From contig CP143273.1 in NCBI GenBank assembly GCA_051013385.1, forward strand, positions 1,152,001-1,216,000: 64,000 nucleotides of DNA, in the 5' to 3' direction. The position numbers and the translations under genes are program-made. The notes beneath the pieces are model-generated. The model did not search any database and was not told the DNA's origin. It saw nothing but the letters and a program-made list of their open reading frames with translations. Shown here one piece after another: positions 27,392-38,577 of this stretch. Within the stretch, counting starts at the first letter, position 1, and each line of letters begins with the position of its first letter. Source of the stretch: Phormidium sp. (GTDB taxonomy: Bacteria; Cyanobacteriota; Cyanobacteriia; Cyanobacteriales; Aerosakkonemataceae).

Positions 27392-28421
27392 ATTACAACC
27401 ACGCACTGATGCTTCTTTATATCCTCAATATACCATCGGTCTTCATGCCTGGTTACTCGACCAAGTGCGCTCATTCGATCCAGAATTGTCCGCATATCTT
27501 CACGATGGACAATCAGAAAAACCTTTCACAATTTCTGGACTAGAAGGCGCATTAGTTCCCATTGGCAAAGAATTGCAGGTGCAAGCATCACAAACATATC
27601 GTTGGTATGTAACAGCATTATCCGCAAAAGTGGTGCAATGGTTGACGCAATGGGTGAAAGCATTACCAGCAGAAGTGGCGCTGCGAAATGTACCTTTAAC
27701 AATTCAATCATGCAAAATCGCTCTGCCAGCAACTACTTATAAACAGTTATGGGAAGCAGAAGGCTCATTGCCTACATTAAAATTCAGTTTTATTACGCCA
27801 ACCAGTTTTCGGCGGAAAAAACATCACTTTCCCTTACCATTACCTTTTAATGTATTTCATAGTTACTTGCGGCGATGGAATGATTTTTCGGGAATGCCTT
27901 TTGAGCAAGATGCTTTTTTGGATTGGGTCGATGAAAATGTAATTGTCCAACAAGTCAAACTAGAATCCTGTAAAGTGCAAGCTGGGAAAAAAGGTTCGGT
28001 GACGGGATTTGTGGGTGCGATCGAATATGCTTTAAGTAAAGAAGGTCAAGAACGATCGGAATTTACCCAACTATTCTATGCCTTGGGAAGATTAGCCCCC
28101 TATTGTGGCACAGGTCACAAAACCACTTTTGGTTTAGGACAAACCCGAAACGGATGGGTTTCTCTTCCAGATGTGTCAACGATACCATCAGTAGAAGATT
28201 TGTTAGGGCAGAGAATAGCTCAATTAACAGAAATATTTGTATCACAACGTAAGCGAACTGGAGGCGAAAGGGCGAGGGAAGTTGCCGAAACTTGGGCGAC
28301 AATTTTGGCGAGGCGAGAATTGGGAGAATCTTTGCAGGTAATTGCTGAAGATTTGGAAATGCCTTATCAAACAGTGAAGACATACGCTAAGTTAGCGCGT
28401 GGCGCTTTAAAGTCGGATTAG
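27342..28421 (+). pseudogene. cas6: Second Cas6 (type III-associated, C-terminal HTH-like extension), no ATG start
   Basis: YTIGLHAWLLDQV, EKPFTIS, FITPTSFR and YCGTGHKTTFGLGQ; frame opens after TGA 27339 without an ATG. Confidence 0.85.
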
Positions 28422-28509
28422 TTTTCCTGCGGTTAAGAGTAAGCATAAGCGTGTATCTGCATTTTATATTGGTATAAAATTAAATAGTTTTGTACTTGAT
28501 ACCAAAGAA

Positions 28510-29433
28510 ATGGCTGATATACGTAAGAAAGCAGGTTCAGCATCTCCGTCAACTTGGCATATTAAATGGCAATACAAAACCATAATCTTGATGCTGGGCT
28601 TAATCATTGCCGGATTAATTTGCTTGGCAATTTCTCTGTCGATCGCTCAATATGTATTTTGGTCTTCAGTATTGAGCCAAGTATCCACTGCTCTAATCAT
28701 TAGTGGTGCGTATACAATGGTTTCCGAACTGTTATTAAAAAATGATTTTATTAATACAAACAAAGATAACTTAAACCAAATACTGGCTAATAATCAAGAC
28801 AACTTCGCTCAGTTATGTAGCACCAATAAATCCGTTGCCGAGCAGTTGCTCACAACTAATCAAAATACTTTGAATCAATTAATTAATCAACTACATTTAG
28901 CTGAAGAAGCAAAACTAATAGGGTTAGAGTCGATCGTTGATGGTAATAGTTATTGTGATGAAACACACTGGCTGTTGGAATCGAAAAATTTGCAACTACT
29001 TTTAGTTGACGGAAAAAGCTGGGTATCTCATTATAATGATGTATTGCGAAAAAGATTTAAAGATCCTGAGAAAACAACAACATTCATTTTGCTGCATCCA
29101 GAATCACCAATGTTGTCAATTCATGCAGACAAAGTGACTTCTAATAGGGAAGCCCTTCAGCAGAAAATAGCGGGAACTGTAGCAGCATTGAATCAACTCA
29201 GATATCAAAATACAAAATTACAAATTAAAGGCCATCATCTTTATAATACTTACTCACTGCTGTTAAGTGACACCCATGCAGTAATGAGTCCTTACTTTTG
29301 TGCCAAGGAAAAGAAAAAACCACCGATCTTTATTTTTCAAGACCAGGGTGATGATTCCTACTATCAAAAACTCAAACAGGATTTAGAGTTTCTGGAAAGT
29401 GAAGCAGAAGACATTTCTAACTATACAAAATAA
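28510..29433 (+). CDS. Two-TM membrane protein with a C-terminal alpha/beta domain (possibly DUF5919/PLD-like)
   Basis: Two N-terminal hydrophobic helices; FILLHPES and AVMSPY patterns; family call is tentative. Confidence 0.55.
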   Translation: MADIRKKAGSASPSTWHIKWQYKTIILMLGLIIAGLICLAISLSIAQYVFWSSVLSQVSTALIISGAYTMVSELLLKNDFINTNKDNLNQILANNQDNFAQLCSTNKSVAEQLLTTNQNTLNQLINQLHLAEEAKLIGLESIVDGNSYCDETHWLLESKNLQLLLVDGKSWVSHYNDVLRKRFKDPEKTTTFILLHPESPMLSIHADKVTSNREALQQKIAGTVAALNQLRYQNTKLQIKGHHLYNTYSLLLSDTHAVMSPYFCAKEKKKPPIFIFQDQGDDSYYQKLKQDLEFLESEAEDISNYTK

Positions 29434-29462
29434 CTAAATCTTCCGTTCAGGGAATCAAGTCT

Positions 29463-29590
29463 TAAGCTGTTACGCATTTAAAAGTCTTATGGTAGGGTGC
29501 GTCAGAAGGGGATATTTTCCTTTCTATATCAGGCTTTACCGTCTGACGCACCCTACTCATTAATAAGTTATTTAAATGCGTAACAGCTTA
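29463..29590. repeat. Nested inverted-repeat element (MITE/REP-like)
   Basis: Outer 20-bp IR TAAGCTGTTACGCATTTAAA; inner IR GTAGGGTGCGTCAGA / TCTGACGCACCCTAC. Confidence 0.8.
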
Positions 29591-29751
29591 TTGAGAATTA
29601 GGTTTGCGAAGTTTAGGTTTTGGAGTATTTCCAGTATTACCAGAATTGGGGGATGGTGTACCCCTTTGGAATGCCCTTGAATTGCTGCTACTACTACCAC
29701 TTCCATCTGGATAATTTTTGTTGTAATCATCTTGCATAACTTGGGAAGGCG
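29588..29751 (-). pseudogene. C-terminal fragment of an unknown gene cut by the IS
   Basis: Open frame PSQVMQDDYNKNYPDGSGSSSSNSR...KPKLRKPNSQ* running from the IS end. Confidence 0.4.
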
Positions 29752-31041
29752 GGTTCTTCCGTACTTACTGTGCTAAATTATTAGGGAAGTGTGAACAGAT
29801 GTAGGATATGAAGAATAGCTTATTAACTAAGTTGCTAAATTTACCAGAAGTTATAGTAGAGTCGAGCCAAGAAACAGAAGATACATTGATTTTATTTGTC
29901 AAATCAGAAAAGAAAACAGCAGTTTGTCCTCGGTGCGGTCAAATAAGTCGTCGTTTGCATCAAAATCAAAGGCATTTAGTAAAGGATTTACCATTGGGTA
30001 ATAGAGAAGTGATTTTATCAGTAAATCGCCGCCGATTTAAATGTGAAAGTTGCCACAAGCCTTTTAGTGAGAGCTTAGATTTTGTGCCGAAAAAGAAAAG
30101 TTTTACACATAGATATGCTGAATCTATTACCCAACAGGTGGTACATAGTGATATTAAGAACGTTGCTGATAACAATGGATTAACTGCTGAAGAAGTAGAA
30201 TCAATGGTGATTTATTTTACTAAATGTATGCTGCCTATTGATTTGAGCAAATTACGAAGATTAGGAATAGATGAAATTAGTTTAGTTAAAGGACAGGGCA
30301 AGTTTATTGTAGTTTTAGTAGACCTGGAAACCCATAAGTTAATCGGGTTAGTGCCAGCTAGAAAACAGATAGAGATAGAGAAAGTTATGCAGCAATGGGG
30401 CGAAAAAGTTTTGGCACAAATAGAAGAAGTAAGTATAGATATGACCGGAAATTATAAATTCTTAATTCACAAAATCTGCCCCAATGCAGAAGTAACAGTA
30501 GACAGATTCCATGTTGTAAAAATGATTCATGAAGAATTAAATCAAGCCAGAATCGACCAAAAGAAGACCGCAGAAGAATTAAATGTTAAAGCCAGAGCCA
30601 AGTTATTTGGCAGCTTAAAAGGCAGCAAATATATATTATTGAAAGCTGAAAATAAATTATCTATCAAACAAAAAGAAAAATTAGAGCTCCTTTAAGGAGC
30701 TTCTCCTTTAGTTGAAATAATGCACTCATTAAAGGAAGAATTACACCAAATATTTGAAGAAAGTGAAAATTTAGGAGAAGGAACATTAAAGTTAATAGAG
30801 TGGTTAGCCATAGCGCAAAATTATTATCGAAAAAGCGTCCCCACAATCAAGCGGTGGTTCGCTGAGATAGTTGGGTATTTTGAAAATCGCACAACCAATG
30901 GAATAGTGGAAGGTATTAATAATAAGCTAAAATTGCAAAAACGCTGTGCCTTCGGTTTTAGGAATTTCCGCAACTTTGAATTAAGAGCTTTACTATTCTG
31001 GCACTTCCCTAATAATTTAGCACAGTAAGTACGGAAGAACC
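29752..31041 (+). mobile_element. ISL3-family insertion sequence
   Basis: Long terminal IRs GGTTCTTCCGTACTTACTGTGCTAAATTATTAGGGAAGTG; no 8-bp target-site duplication. Confidence 0.92.
29808..31028 (+). pseudogene. ISL3 transposase with a premature stop at 30693-30695
   Basis: CPRC, LGIDE, VSIDM, VDRFHV and VEGINNKLK motifs in one frame interrupted by TAA. Confidence 0.88.
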
Positions 31042-31188
31042 GCGATGGTGAAATATGAAAATCGACATTTAGCCAGCCGTGCCAAGTTTACCTGGGATGA
31101 CCAGCGACGAATTTGGGTGAAGAAGATTCGGGAATGCGATCGAGAAAAGCTTCTTCAAGCCTGGGATTTTAGTGTGGAGAGTATTTAA
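31042..31188 (+). pseudogene. C-terminal gene fragment resembling the tail of DnaQ-like 3'-5' exonucleases
   Basis: AMVKYENRHLASRAKFTWDDQRRIWVKKIRECD...* begins exactly at the IS end. Confidence 0.4.
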
Positions 31189-31193
31189 TAACA

Positions 31194-31472
31194 ATGGAAT
31201 TAATTGATGAAAATGGACAGCCCAAGTTTGGTACTTGTTTTCGATGTGGGAGTCCGATTTCTATACCGGGAATCCATATTTACACTTGCAGTAAATGTGG
31301 ATGGGTAGAGACTCCTGAATATCAACAATATTTGTTCAAGTGTCAAAAAGAAGATGAAATCAACAAACGGAATAGAAACTGCTCTACAAGAAAGAAAAAA
31401 ATTGTTGAGGGAATGTCAACAACTTCTGATAAAGATAGCGAACCATCGTTATTGTTTGAAGTTGTTGATTAA
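31194..31472 (+). CDS. Small zinc-ribbon protein
   Basis: CFRCG...CSKCGW. Confidence 0.6.
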   Translation: MELIDENGQPKFGTCFRCGSPISIPGIHIYTCSKCGWVETPEYQQYLFKCQKEDEINKRNRNCSTRKKKIVEGMSTTSDKDSEPSLLFEVVD

Positions 31473-31551
31473 GGCTAAAAATGCACTATCTATCATTGCT
31501 GAGTACAAAGGCGATAGATAGCAGATAATTGTTCTGGAGACTGGATATTAA

Positions 31552-31824
31552 ATGAAATTTATTGACAAAAGCGCAGCCAGTGAAATACTTTCCAAAAGTC
31601 CGCGCACTTTAATCAGATATCGTCAGCAGGGAATTTTGATTGAAGGAATTCATTGTGCCAGGGTAGGAAATGAATGGCTCTACAATGAGGAACTAATCAA
31701 GGATTTAATTACTTGTGGAATGAATCCAAATCATCCCGATCATCAAAGAGCGATCGCTTACTATCAATCCCAGAAATTAGGGAATCAGCTTAAAAATCGT
31801 CGGCAAAAATATCAGGTAACTTAG
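31552..31824 (+). CDS. Excisionase-like HTH protein
   Basis: AASEILSKSPRTLIRYRQQGILIEGIH MerR/Xis-type HTH; convergent on the integrase. Confidence 0.7.
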   Translation: MKFIDKSAASEILSKSPRTLIRYRQQGILIEGIHCARVGNEWLYNEELIKDLITCGMNPNHPDHQRAIAYYQSQKLGNQLKNRRQKYQVT

Positions 31825-32893
31825 TTTTGTTGACCACACCAGCATAATGTTGATACAAAGTCTTCACGTTATGACCAGTCAGTTCCGCAACATTAACTGG
31901 ATTCATACCTTTTTCTAGAGCATGAGAAACCAAAGTATGGCGTGTAGTGTAAGGTTTGCGGTAGGGAATACCTAAACTAGTTAAAACAGGCTTCCAAGCG
32001 CGATTACGAAAATTATGGTCATCGATCGCGCCACCAGCCGGAGCCATAAAAATCAAATCTTCAGGATGGAAATCAATTGGACGACGAGATAAAAGTATTT
32101 TTTGGAGGTGAGGGGTAAGATTGATAGTGCGATCGCGTCCGGTTTTGGTTTCTTTACGACGACCGCGACTTAAACTTTCACCAATCCAAACAGTAGAGCA
32201 ATTCTCATCTAAATGTTTCCATTGAAGTGCGATCGCTTCGCCAGTCCTGACACCAGTACCAAAGAGGAATTCTACAAAATCGGCATAGTGGGGAAATTGC
32301 TCTCTAAAAGCAGTAACAATTTTAATGATTTCTTCTTTAGTAAAAGGTTTGGGTTTTTGTTTAGGTGGGACACGAACTTTAATGTCATCCCAAGGATTTT
32401 CGGTTACTAATTTATTTTTGATTCCCCAATCCCAGCAAGCTTTCAGTAAACCAATTCTCTCTTTTAAAGTGACAGGAGCTACAAGAGATGCTAACTGTTC
32501 TTTAAATTTCAGAGCTTCAGTTGAAGTAATTGCGATCGCAGGTTTCGACGGCCAAAATGCCTCAAGTTTATTGAGAAGTCCTTCATATTTAACTAAAGTG
32601 CGATCGTAGACTTGCTTTGACTTATTTTCCATAAATCGTTGAAAAAGATCGTGAGCCGTGATTTGATTTTGTCGCTCTGGTTTATACTTTGCCAAACTTG
32701 GATCAAAATTACCTGTAGCTAAATCTCCTTCAATTACCTTGGCTTTGCCCTCAGCCACAATTCGGTTAAGGGGTGTATCAGCTAGACCACAGTAAAGGTA
32801 ATATCGTTTCCCGGCATAGCTCCAAACTAGCCTCAGAACTCCCTTAAAGTTCTGAACAGCTACGTTTCCTTTCCGAGTGCGGTGTTCAACCAT
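31790..32893 (-). CDS. Tyrosine recombinase/integrase with N-terminal arm-binding domain
   Basis: TGVRTGE (R), PYTTRHT, LTGH and HY catalytic motifs; adjacent to the tRNA 3' end. Confidence 0.95.
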   Translation of the reverse strand: MVEHRTRKGNVAVQNFKGVLRLVWSYAGKRYYLYCGLADTPLNRIVAEGKAKVIEGDLATGNFDPSLAKYKPERQNQITAHDLFQRFMENKSKQVYDRTLVKYEGLLNKLEAFWPSKPAIAITSTEALKFKEQLASLVAPVTLKERIGLLKACWDWGIKNKLVTENPWDDIKVRVPPKQKPKPFTKEEIIKIVTAFREQFPHYADFVEFLFGTGVRTGEAIALQWKHLDENCSTVWIGESLSRGRRKETKTGRDRTINLTPHLQKILLSRRPIDFHPEDLIFMAPAGGAIDDHNFRNRAWKPVLTSLGIPYRKPYTTRHTLVSHALEKGMNPVNVAELTGHNVKTLYQHYAGVVNKTKLPDIFADDF

Positions 32894-33041
32894 CGTTCAA
32901 ACCCTGAAAATGCGTATCTCAAATTTATCTCAATATATGGCTGAAACTGGCATTTTATGTCATACCCTTTTAGGTCAGATAATGGTCAGGAGTAAGGGAT
33001 GACCAAGGCTAAAAGCCTTGCTGTGAAAGGGATTTCGGAAA

Positions 33042-33115
<74 letters not shown>

Positions 33116-33369
33116 TCAGATTTATCATTATAACACAGATTCTCCAGTTAATACATAAATTTCTGAAAAACGCTTCGCGGGATTTGTGTAATTAATCCTA
33201 CCAATTAGCAATACTAAATGTGTCTTCTATAACAAGGAATAAAAAGGATATTCCTTAAGATAGATTTAAGATTTAGCATTAATCTTGTTAAGATTTGTAA
33301 ATACATATCTGATCGATCGCTAAATCAAACTAGTGAGTCACCGCTTACACAAGCATAACGCCTACTGAG

Positions 33370-35727
33370 TTGCGTCCCCTAGCCCAAATTTTTAGCCTAA
33401 AAACTATGCCATTAAAAGGATATACCCACAGCCAGGAAATTACGGTCAACCTGCCCCAAGAAATTCCAGGTGAACAAAAAGAAAGCCATAACGAGACTAA
33501 TAACAATCAGCGTCATGGCAAAGTCGTACCATTACAAAATTTCCTCTTCCGAGAAGTACATCAGGCAGTTAAACTTTTTGCAGGTGGAGAAGAAGCTTTA
33601 CTTCGCCAAATCATCAGTAAAGCCCCTGTATTTTTTTATGCTTTGGATGGTAACGGTGTTTTTACCCTGGCTGAAGGTAAAGCATTAGAAACTTTAGGGT
33701 TAAACTCACAGCAAGTAGTCGGGAAGTCAATATTTGAGATTTTTCATGATTTACCCGTCTTTTTAGATAATGTTCGGGCTTGTTTAGCGGGCGAGGAGAT
33801 TGTTTGGCAATCAACGATCGCTAATATGGTGTATGACAATCATCTGACACCTTTAGTGCAGGCAAACGACGAGGTAGTTGGTTTAATCGGAATTTCTGTA
33901 CTTAATATTACCAAACATCAGCAAACAGAAGAACAGTTACGACTCTTAGCCGAAGCAGTTAAACATACTGAAGATGCGGTGATCATTACTTCTACTGACT
34001 TGGAACCTCCAGGACCCAGTATAGTATTTGTTAATCCGGCATTTACTAAAATGACGGGTTATACTGCCGAAGAAGTGATGGGTCGAAATCCGCGTTTTTT
34101 GCAAGGGCCAAATACTGACCGGACAGTTTTAAGTAGATTGCGGAAAACTTTAGAGGGTGGAGAAGTATTTTACGGGGAAGCGATTAATTATCGCAAGGAT
34201 GGTACAGAATTTTATAACGAATGGCATATTGAACCAATTCGGGATGCCCAAGGTAGAATTACACATTATTTGGGAGTACAAAGAGACATTACTGAACGGA
34301 AAAAAGCGGAAGCGCAATTAATTCATAATGCTTTGTATGATAGTTTAACAGGTTTGCCGAATCGGACATTATGGGCAAGGCGTTTAGAAGAAGCAATTGC
34401 TAAAGCTAAAGAATGTCAAGATTACCTATTTGCTGTGTTATTTTTAGATTTAGATCGCTTCAAGTTAGTGAATGATAGTTTAGGGCATTTAGCAGGAGAT
34501 GAATTGCTGATCGCAATCGCGAAACGTCTGCAATCTAGCCTGCGACCTAGTGATACTGTAGCGCGATTGGGTGGCGATGAATTTGGAATTTTGCTCACCA
34601 ATATTCAAGAATTGGAAAATATTACCGCTGTTGTCAACCGCATTCAAAATAGCGTTAGACAACCGCTAAAATTAGAAGGACAAGAGGTTTTTACTACTGC
34701 TAGTATTGGCATTGCTTTATCTTCGGCTGGCTACGATTATGCCCAAGATTTGATGCGAGATGCTGATATTGCTATGTATCGGGCTAAAGTATTGGGTAAA
34801 GCTCGTTCTTGTCTGTTCAACAAAACTATGCACCAAATAGCGGTGAATAGATTACGTTTAGAAACAGATTTACGCAGGGCTTTAGAACGACAAGAATTAA
34901 GATTACATTATCAGCCAATTGTTTCTCTGACCACAGGGGAAATTACTGGATTTGAAGCATTAATACGTTGGGAACATCCCGAAGATGGTTTAATTTCCCC
35001 ATCCCAGTTTATTCCTGTGGCTGAAGAAACGGGATTAATTAATCAGATTGGTTGGTGGGTGTTGCGGGAAGCTTGCCTAAAATTACGAATTTGGCAGTTA
35101 ACTTTTCCCAAAGAAACGCCTTTAACCATGAGTGTAAATCTTTCCGGTAAACAATTTGCTCAACCGGGATTAATTGAAAAGGTAAATTTAATTTTGCAGG
35201 AAACTGGGTGCGATCGCAATTCCCTAAAACTCGAACTTACCGAAAGTGCCATTATGGAACACAGTAATGCTAATTCCGTATTGGAAAAGCTGCGGAGTTT
35301 GGGAGTAATGTTAGATATAGATGATTTTGGCATTGGTTATTCTTCTCTCGATCGGTTGTATCAATTTCCCATCAATACTTTAAAGATAGACAGATCTTTT
35401 GTTAGTCGGATTGATGCTGGTGGCAGAAATGTAGAAATTGTCAAAGCTATTGTTACTTTAGCTCATACTTTAGGGATGAATGTAGTTGCAGAAGGAGTGG
35501 AAACTGTCCAACAAGCAAGTCTATTACAAACTCTTAATTGTGAATTTGCCCAAGGCTATCTTTTCTCTAAACCTTTGGAGGAAAAAGCTGCCGAAGCATT
35601 ATTAAAATCTCAACCACAGTGCTGTTGTCACACTAAAACTGATAACAGAAGTCAGTTGCCGCAATCGGCTAGTCATATTAGTTCGGTATACTCGGCGCGA
35701 TCACAAACTGTGGTTTTTGATTTGTAG
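33370..35727 (+). CDS. PAS-PAS-GGDEF-EAL c-di-GMP signalling protein
   Basis: PAS motifs (NPRFLQG), GGDEF, EAL and DDFG motifs; true start may be downstream. Confidence 0.93.
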   Translation: MRPLAQIFSLKTMPLKGYTHSQEITVNLPQEIPGEQKESHNETNNNQRHGKVVPLQNFLFREVHQAVKLFAGGEEALLRQIISKAPVFFYALDGNGVFTLAEGKALETLGLNSQQVVGKSIFEIFHDLPVFLDNVRACLAGEEIVWQSTIANMVYDNHLTPLVQANDEVVGLIGISVLNITKHQQTEEQLRLLAEAVKHTEDAVIITSTDLEPPGPSIVFVNPAFTKMTGYTAEEVMGRNPRFLQGPNTDRTVLSRLRKTLEGGEVFYGEAINYRKDGTEFYNEWHIEPIRDAQGRITHYLGVQRDITERKKAEAQLIHNALYDSLTGLPNRTLWARRLEEAIAKAKECQDYLFAVLFLDLDRFKLVNDSLGHLAGDELLIAIAKRLQSSLRPSDTVARLGGDEFGILLTNIQELENITAVVNRIQNSVRQPLKLEGQEVFTTASIGIALSSAGYDYAQDLMRDADIAMYRAKVLGKARSCLFNKTMHQIAVNRLRLETDLRRALERQELRLHYQPIVSLTTGEITGFEALIRWEHPEDGLISPSQFIPVAEETGLINQIGWWVLREACLKLRIWQLTFPKETPLTMSVNLSGKQFAQPGLIEKVNLILQETGCDRNSLKLELTESAIMEHSNANSVLEKLRSLGVMLDIDDFGIGYSSLDRLYQFPINTLKIDRSFVSRIDAGGRNVEIVKAIVTLAHTLGMNVVAEGVETVQQASLLQTLNCEFAQGYLFSKPLEEKAAEALLKSQPQCCCHTKTDNRSQLPQSASHISSVYSARSQTVVFDL

Positions 35728-35820
35728 GGGCGAACGCGAGTGCGTGCCGTAGGCATCAGCATTCCGGCAATAATTTGTTGGTGATCGCCAAATATATGTA
35801 CCGGAATGCTTCGCCCCTAC
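35724..35820. repeat. REP-like palindrome with a short insertion in the left arm
   Basis: GTAGGGGCGAA[insert]GCATTCCGG...CCGGAATGCTTCGCCCCTAC. Confidence 0.7.
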
Positions 35821-35973
35821 TCTATGACCGTGAACAGTATATATATAATACCCACTTCGCAAGATATACAATCAATAGAAGCTGCGAGTTAGAAAAAAGT
35901 CAGATGTCAGGTAAGTAAGATGAGCAATATTTACCTTACTACCTGAAAATTTAAGTTAATTGATGTTAGGAAC

Positions 35974-36747
35974 TTAAGCAAAAGTTGAGTTTCCTAAATC
36001 TGGGGGTACATCTTGGTAACGCCCAGAACCTACGGCTTGAATTGCTTCTTTTAGTGAAACATCTCCAGTATATATGGCGCGTCCGACGATCGCACCTCGC
36101 ACTCCCAAAGGTTCCAAAGCTAGTAAACTTAAAAGGTCAGTTAAAGAACTTACGCCACCAGAAGCAATTACGGGAATGGAAAGATTACTTGCTAATTCTC
36201 GCAATGCTTCTAAATTTGGCCCAATCAGAGTGCCATCGCGATGAATGTCAGTATAAATAATTTCCACTGCACCCATTTGGGCTATTTGTTGGGCTAAATT
36301 TTGGGCGGTAACTTCGGAAGTTTCTAACCAACCTCTGGTAGCAACTTTACCATTTCGGGCATCAATTCCGACGATAATTTTATCGGGGAATTCTTGACAC
36401 AGTTGGGCGACTAATTCGGGTTTTTCTACAGCAACGGTTCCCAAAATTGCCCAGCGAACGCCCATATTTAATAGTGTGGCAACGCTGGTGCGATCGCGCA
36501 ATCCCCCGCCAACTTCTACAGCGATGGGTACAGCTTGAACGATCGCTTCAATACTTTTTAAATTAACTGATTCTCCAGTTTTTGCTCCATCTAAATCAAC
36601 TAAATGTAATCGAGTCGCCCCTTGTTCTACCCACTGTTTAGCAACAGCAACGGGATTTTCATCAAAAACTTGCGACTGCGAATAATCTCCTTGATACAGT
36701 CGCACACATTTACCATCTAATAAATCAATTGCTGGGATAACTTCCAT
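35974..36747 (-). CDS. hisA: ProFAR isomerase HisA
   Basis: [35 protein letters not shown]. Confidence 0.97.
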   Translation of the reverse strand: MEVIPAIDLLDGKCVRLYQGDYSQSQVFDENPVAVAKQWVEQGATRLHLVDLDGAKTGESVNLKSIEAIVQAVPIAVEVGGGLRDRTSVATLLNMGVRWAILGTVAVEKPELVAQLCQEFPDKIIVGIDARNGKVATRGWLETSEVTAQNLAQQIAQMGAVEIIYTDIHRDGTLIGPNLEALRELASNLSIPVIASGGVSSLTDLLSLLALEPLGVRGAIVGRAIYTGDVSLKEAIQAVGSGRYQDVPPDLGNSTFA

Positions 36748-36753
36748 TTCTAA

Positions 36754-36924
36754 GAGTTTTGAATTTTGAGTTTTGAGTTTTGAGTTTTGAGTTTTGAGTT
36801 GGGACTGGGCACTGGGGAAGTTTTGAGTTTTGAGTTTTGAGTTGAGGAGTTGAGAAAGTTTTAAGTTAAAGAGTTTTTTTGCCCCTCTGCCCCTCTGCGC
36901 CTCTGCCCCTCTGCCCCTCTGCGC
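36754..36924. repeat. Short tandem repeats (TTTTGAG heptamers; GCCCCTCT octamers)
   Basis: Tandem copies visible in the intergenic region. Confidence 0.85.
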
Positions 36925-38577
36925 CTAAGAAGGTGGTATTTCTGAGAGAATTGTAAACCGGATGTGATTCAGGGCTAAATCACCGATCGAAACAACTTCT
37001 TTATTCAGCAGAGTATTGTTAGAACTGATATTTTCAAACGAAATACCTTTGCCAATTTCTACATGATACCAAGATAAGCCCATAAAAAATCTAGTGGGAT
37101 ATGGGCCTCCTTCTACTGTGTCATCGGGGTTAGATTCCATTGGCAACCAACCAAAACCAGGGACATAAAATTCCATCCAAACATGATTAAAATCGGGGGA
37201 CAAAGGTACATTTTGATATTCGGGATTTTTCGGACATTTGTAACGTCCGACTGTGCGACAGGCGATCCCATTTAAGCGGGAAAGGGCTAATAAAATGCCT
37301 AAATATTCGCCGCAAGAACCAACGCCTCTTTGTAAGGCGACATCTGGGGGATCGATGTGAGGTTTGATGCCGTAGGAAAGTTTATCATAAACGAAGTTGC
37401 GAATTTTATAGATTTTCCGCATGAGATTTGTTTCTGTGCCGATCGCTTCTTTGGCAGCATTACGGATAATCTCTGTATCCATTGCCAAATCGTCATTATC
37501 TACCAAATATTTCTCTTGAAGTTCTGGTGCTAATTCTGGCAATTTTTCTACATCTCTTGGGGTCAACCGATATTTAATGCTGTAAACTTCTAGCAGTGCT
37601 TTCCACCCAAAAATGTGCCTTTCTTGTGGTGTTAGTTTGTCAAATTTAAACACTGCTACCCTTTGTCCGTTAATAATTTCTTCGGTAAAGGGACGACCTA
37701 TGGGGTAAATTTCCCTAATTTTTTGGCGCAATGTTTCTGATGGCAGGGCGATCCGCCATTCTAAGTTTTCTAAATGCACGTCTTCTAGTTGTGAGAGTTC
37801 TTCAACGTAGCTGACTTCCATTAAATAACCATTAGATAAGGCGTAATTTCCTTCGGGATAATAGTGGAAATAGAGGGGATGAATGAAGGTGCGATCGCGA
37901 AAATCTAATTCTTGTGGTGGGTCGGAGTTTGGGTCATCTCTGACGTAACATTCTTTATAGGCATAAGCAACATAAAGCACTTCTTTGTCAGTTTCGGGAT
38001 CGTGATAAAAAGCTAACCCTGTGGGATTTTCAAAAGGTGTTAATAAGCTAAATTTTATTTCCCCTGTTGCCCGTTCTAAACAGAATACTGTTTGTTCTTC
38101 GTCATCAGCGATCCAAATTTCTTCGCCTTTAATTGTCAAATGTTCTCGACCGATTCCCGGTGTATAGAATCTTGTAATCAAGTTTCCTTTGTTGGCATCA
38201 TAAATGTAAATGTAACCCGTTTTTTGGCAACTTACATAAACTGTTGATTCCCAAACTGTTATGCCATTGGCGGTGTAAGGTAAAGTTACAAAATGTTGGG
38301 GCGTAAAGTCTGTCAAATTACAAAAGTAAACATCTTCATCTCTAGTAAACCACAGCTTGTCTTCCCAAACAGCAAACCCGGTAGCATCTAAGAATTCCCC
38401 AACCCGATCGGGATTTAAAATAGTGGTGTCGTCATTTTTTAGATTAACTTGTAATAGATATCCGGTTGTATGATCTAGGGCAATTAACCGATCGCCCAAA
38501 CAGCTAATATCGTGAATTGCATAAGCTGCAAATGGTCTAATTGTTCTAAACATAAAGTCTTGGGTTGAAGAAACCAT
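36925..38577 (-). CDS. Transglutaminase-like domain protein with N-terminal propeller-like region
   Basis: GSCGEY (Cys) and HVWMEF (His) motifs. Confidence 0.85.
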   Translation of the reverse strand: MVSSTQDFMFRTIRPFAAYAIHDISCLGDRLIALDHTTGYLLQVNLKNDDTTILNPDRVGEFLDATGFAVWEDKLWFTRDEDVYFCNLTDFTPQHFVTLPYTANGITVWESTVYVSCQKTGYIYIYDANKGNLITRFYTPGIGREHLTIKGEEIWIADDEEQTVFCLERATGEIKFSLLTPFENPTGLAFYHDPETDKEVLYVAYAYKECYVRDDPNSDPPQELDFRDRTFIHPLYFHYYPEGNYALSNGYLMEVSYVEELSQLEDVHLENLEWRIALPSETLRQKIREIYPIGRPFTEEIINGQRVAVFKFDKLTPQERHIFGWKALLEVYSIKYRLTPRDVEKLPELAPELQEKYLVDNDDLAMDTEIIRNAAKEAIGTETNLMRKIYKIRNFVYDKLSYGIKPHIDPPDVALQRGVGSCGEYLGILLALSRLNGIACRTVGRYKCPKNPEYQNVPLSPDFNHVWMEFYVPGFGWLPMESNPDDTVEGGPYPTRFFMGLSWYHVEIGKGISFENISSNNTLLNKEVVSIGDLALNHIRFTILSEIPPS

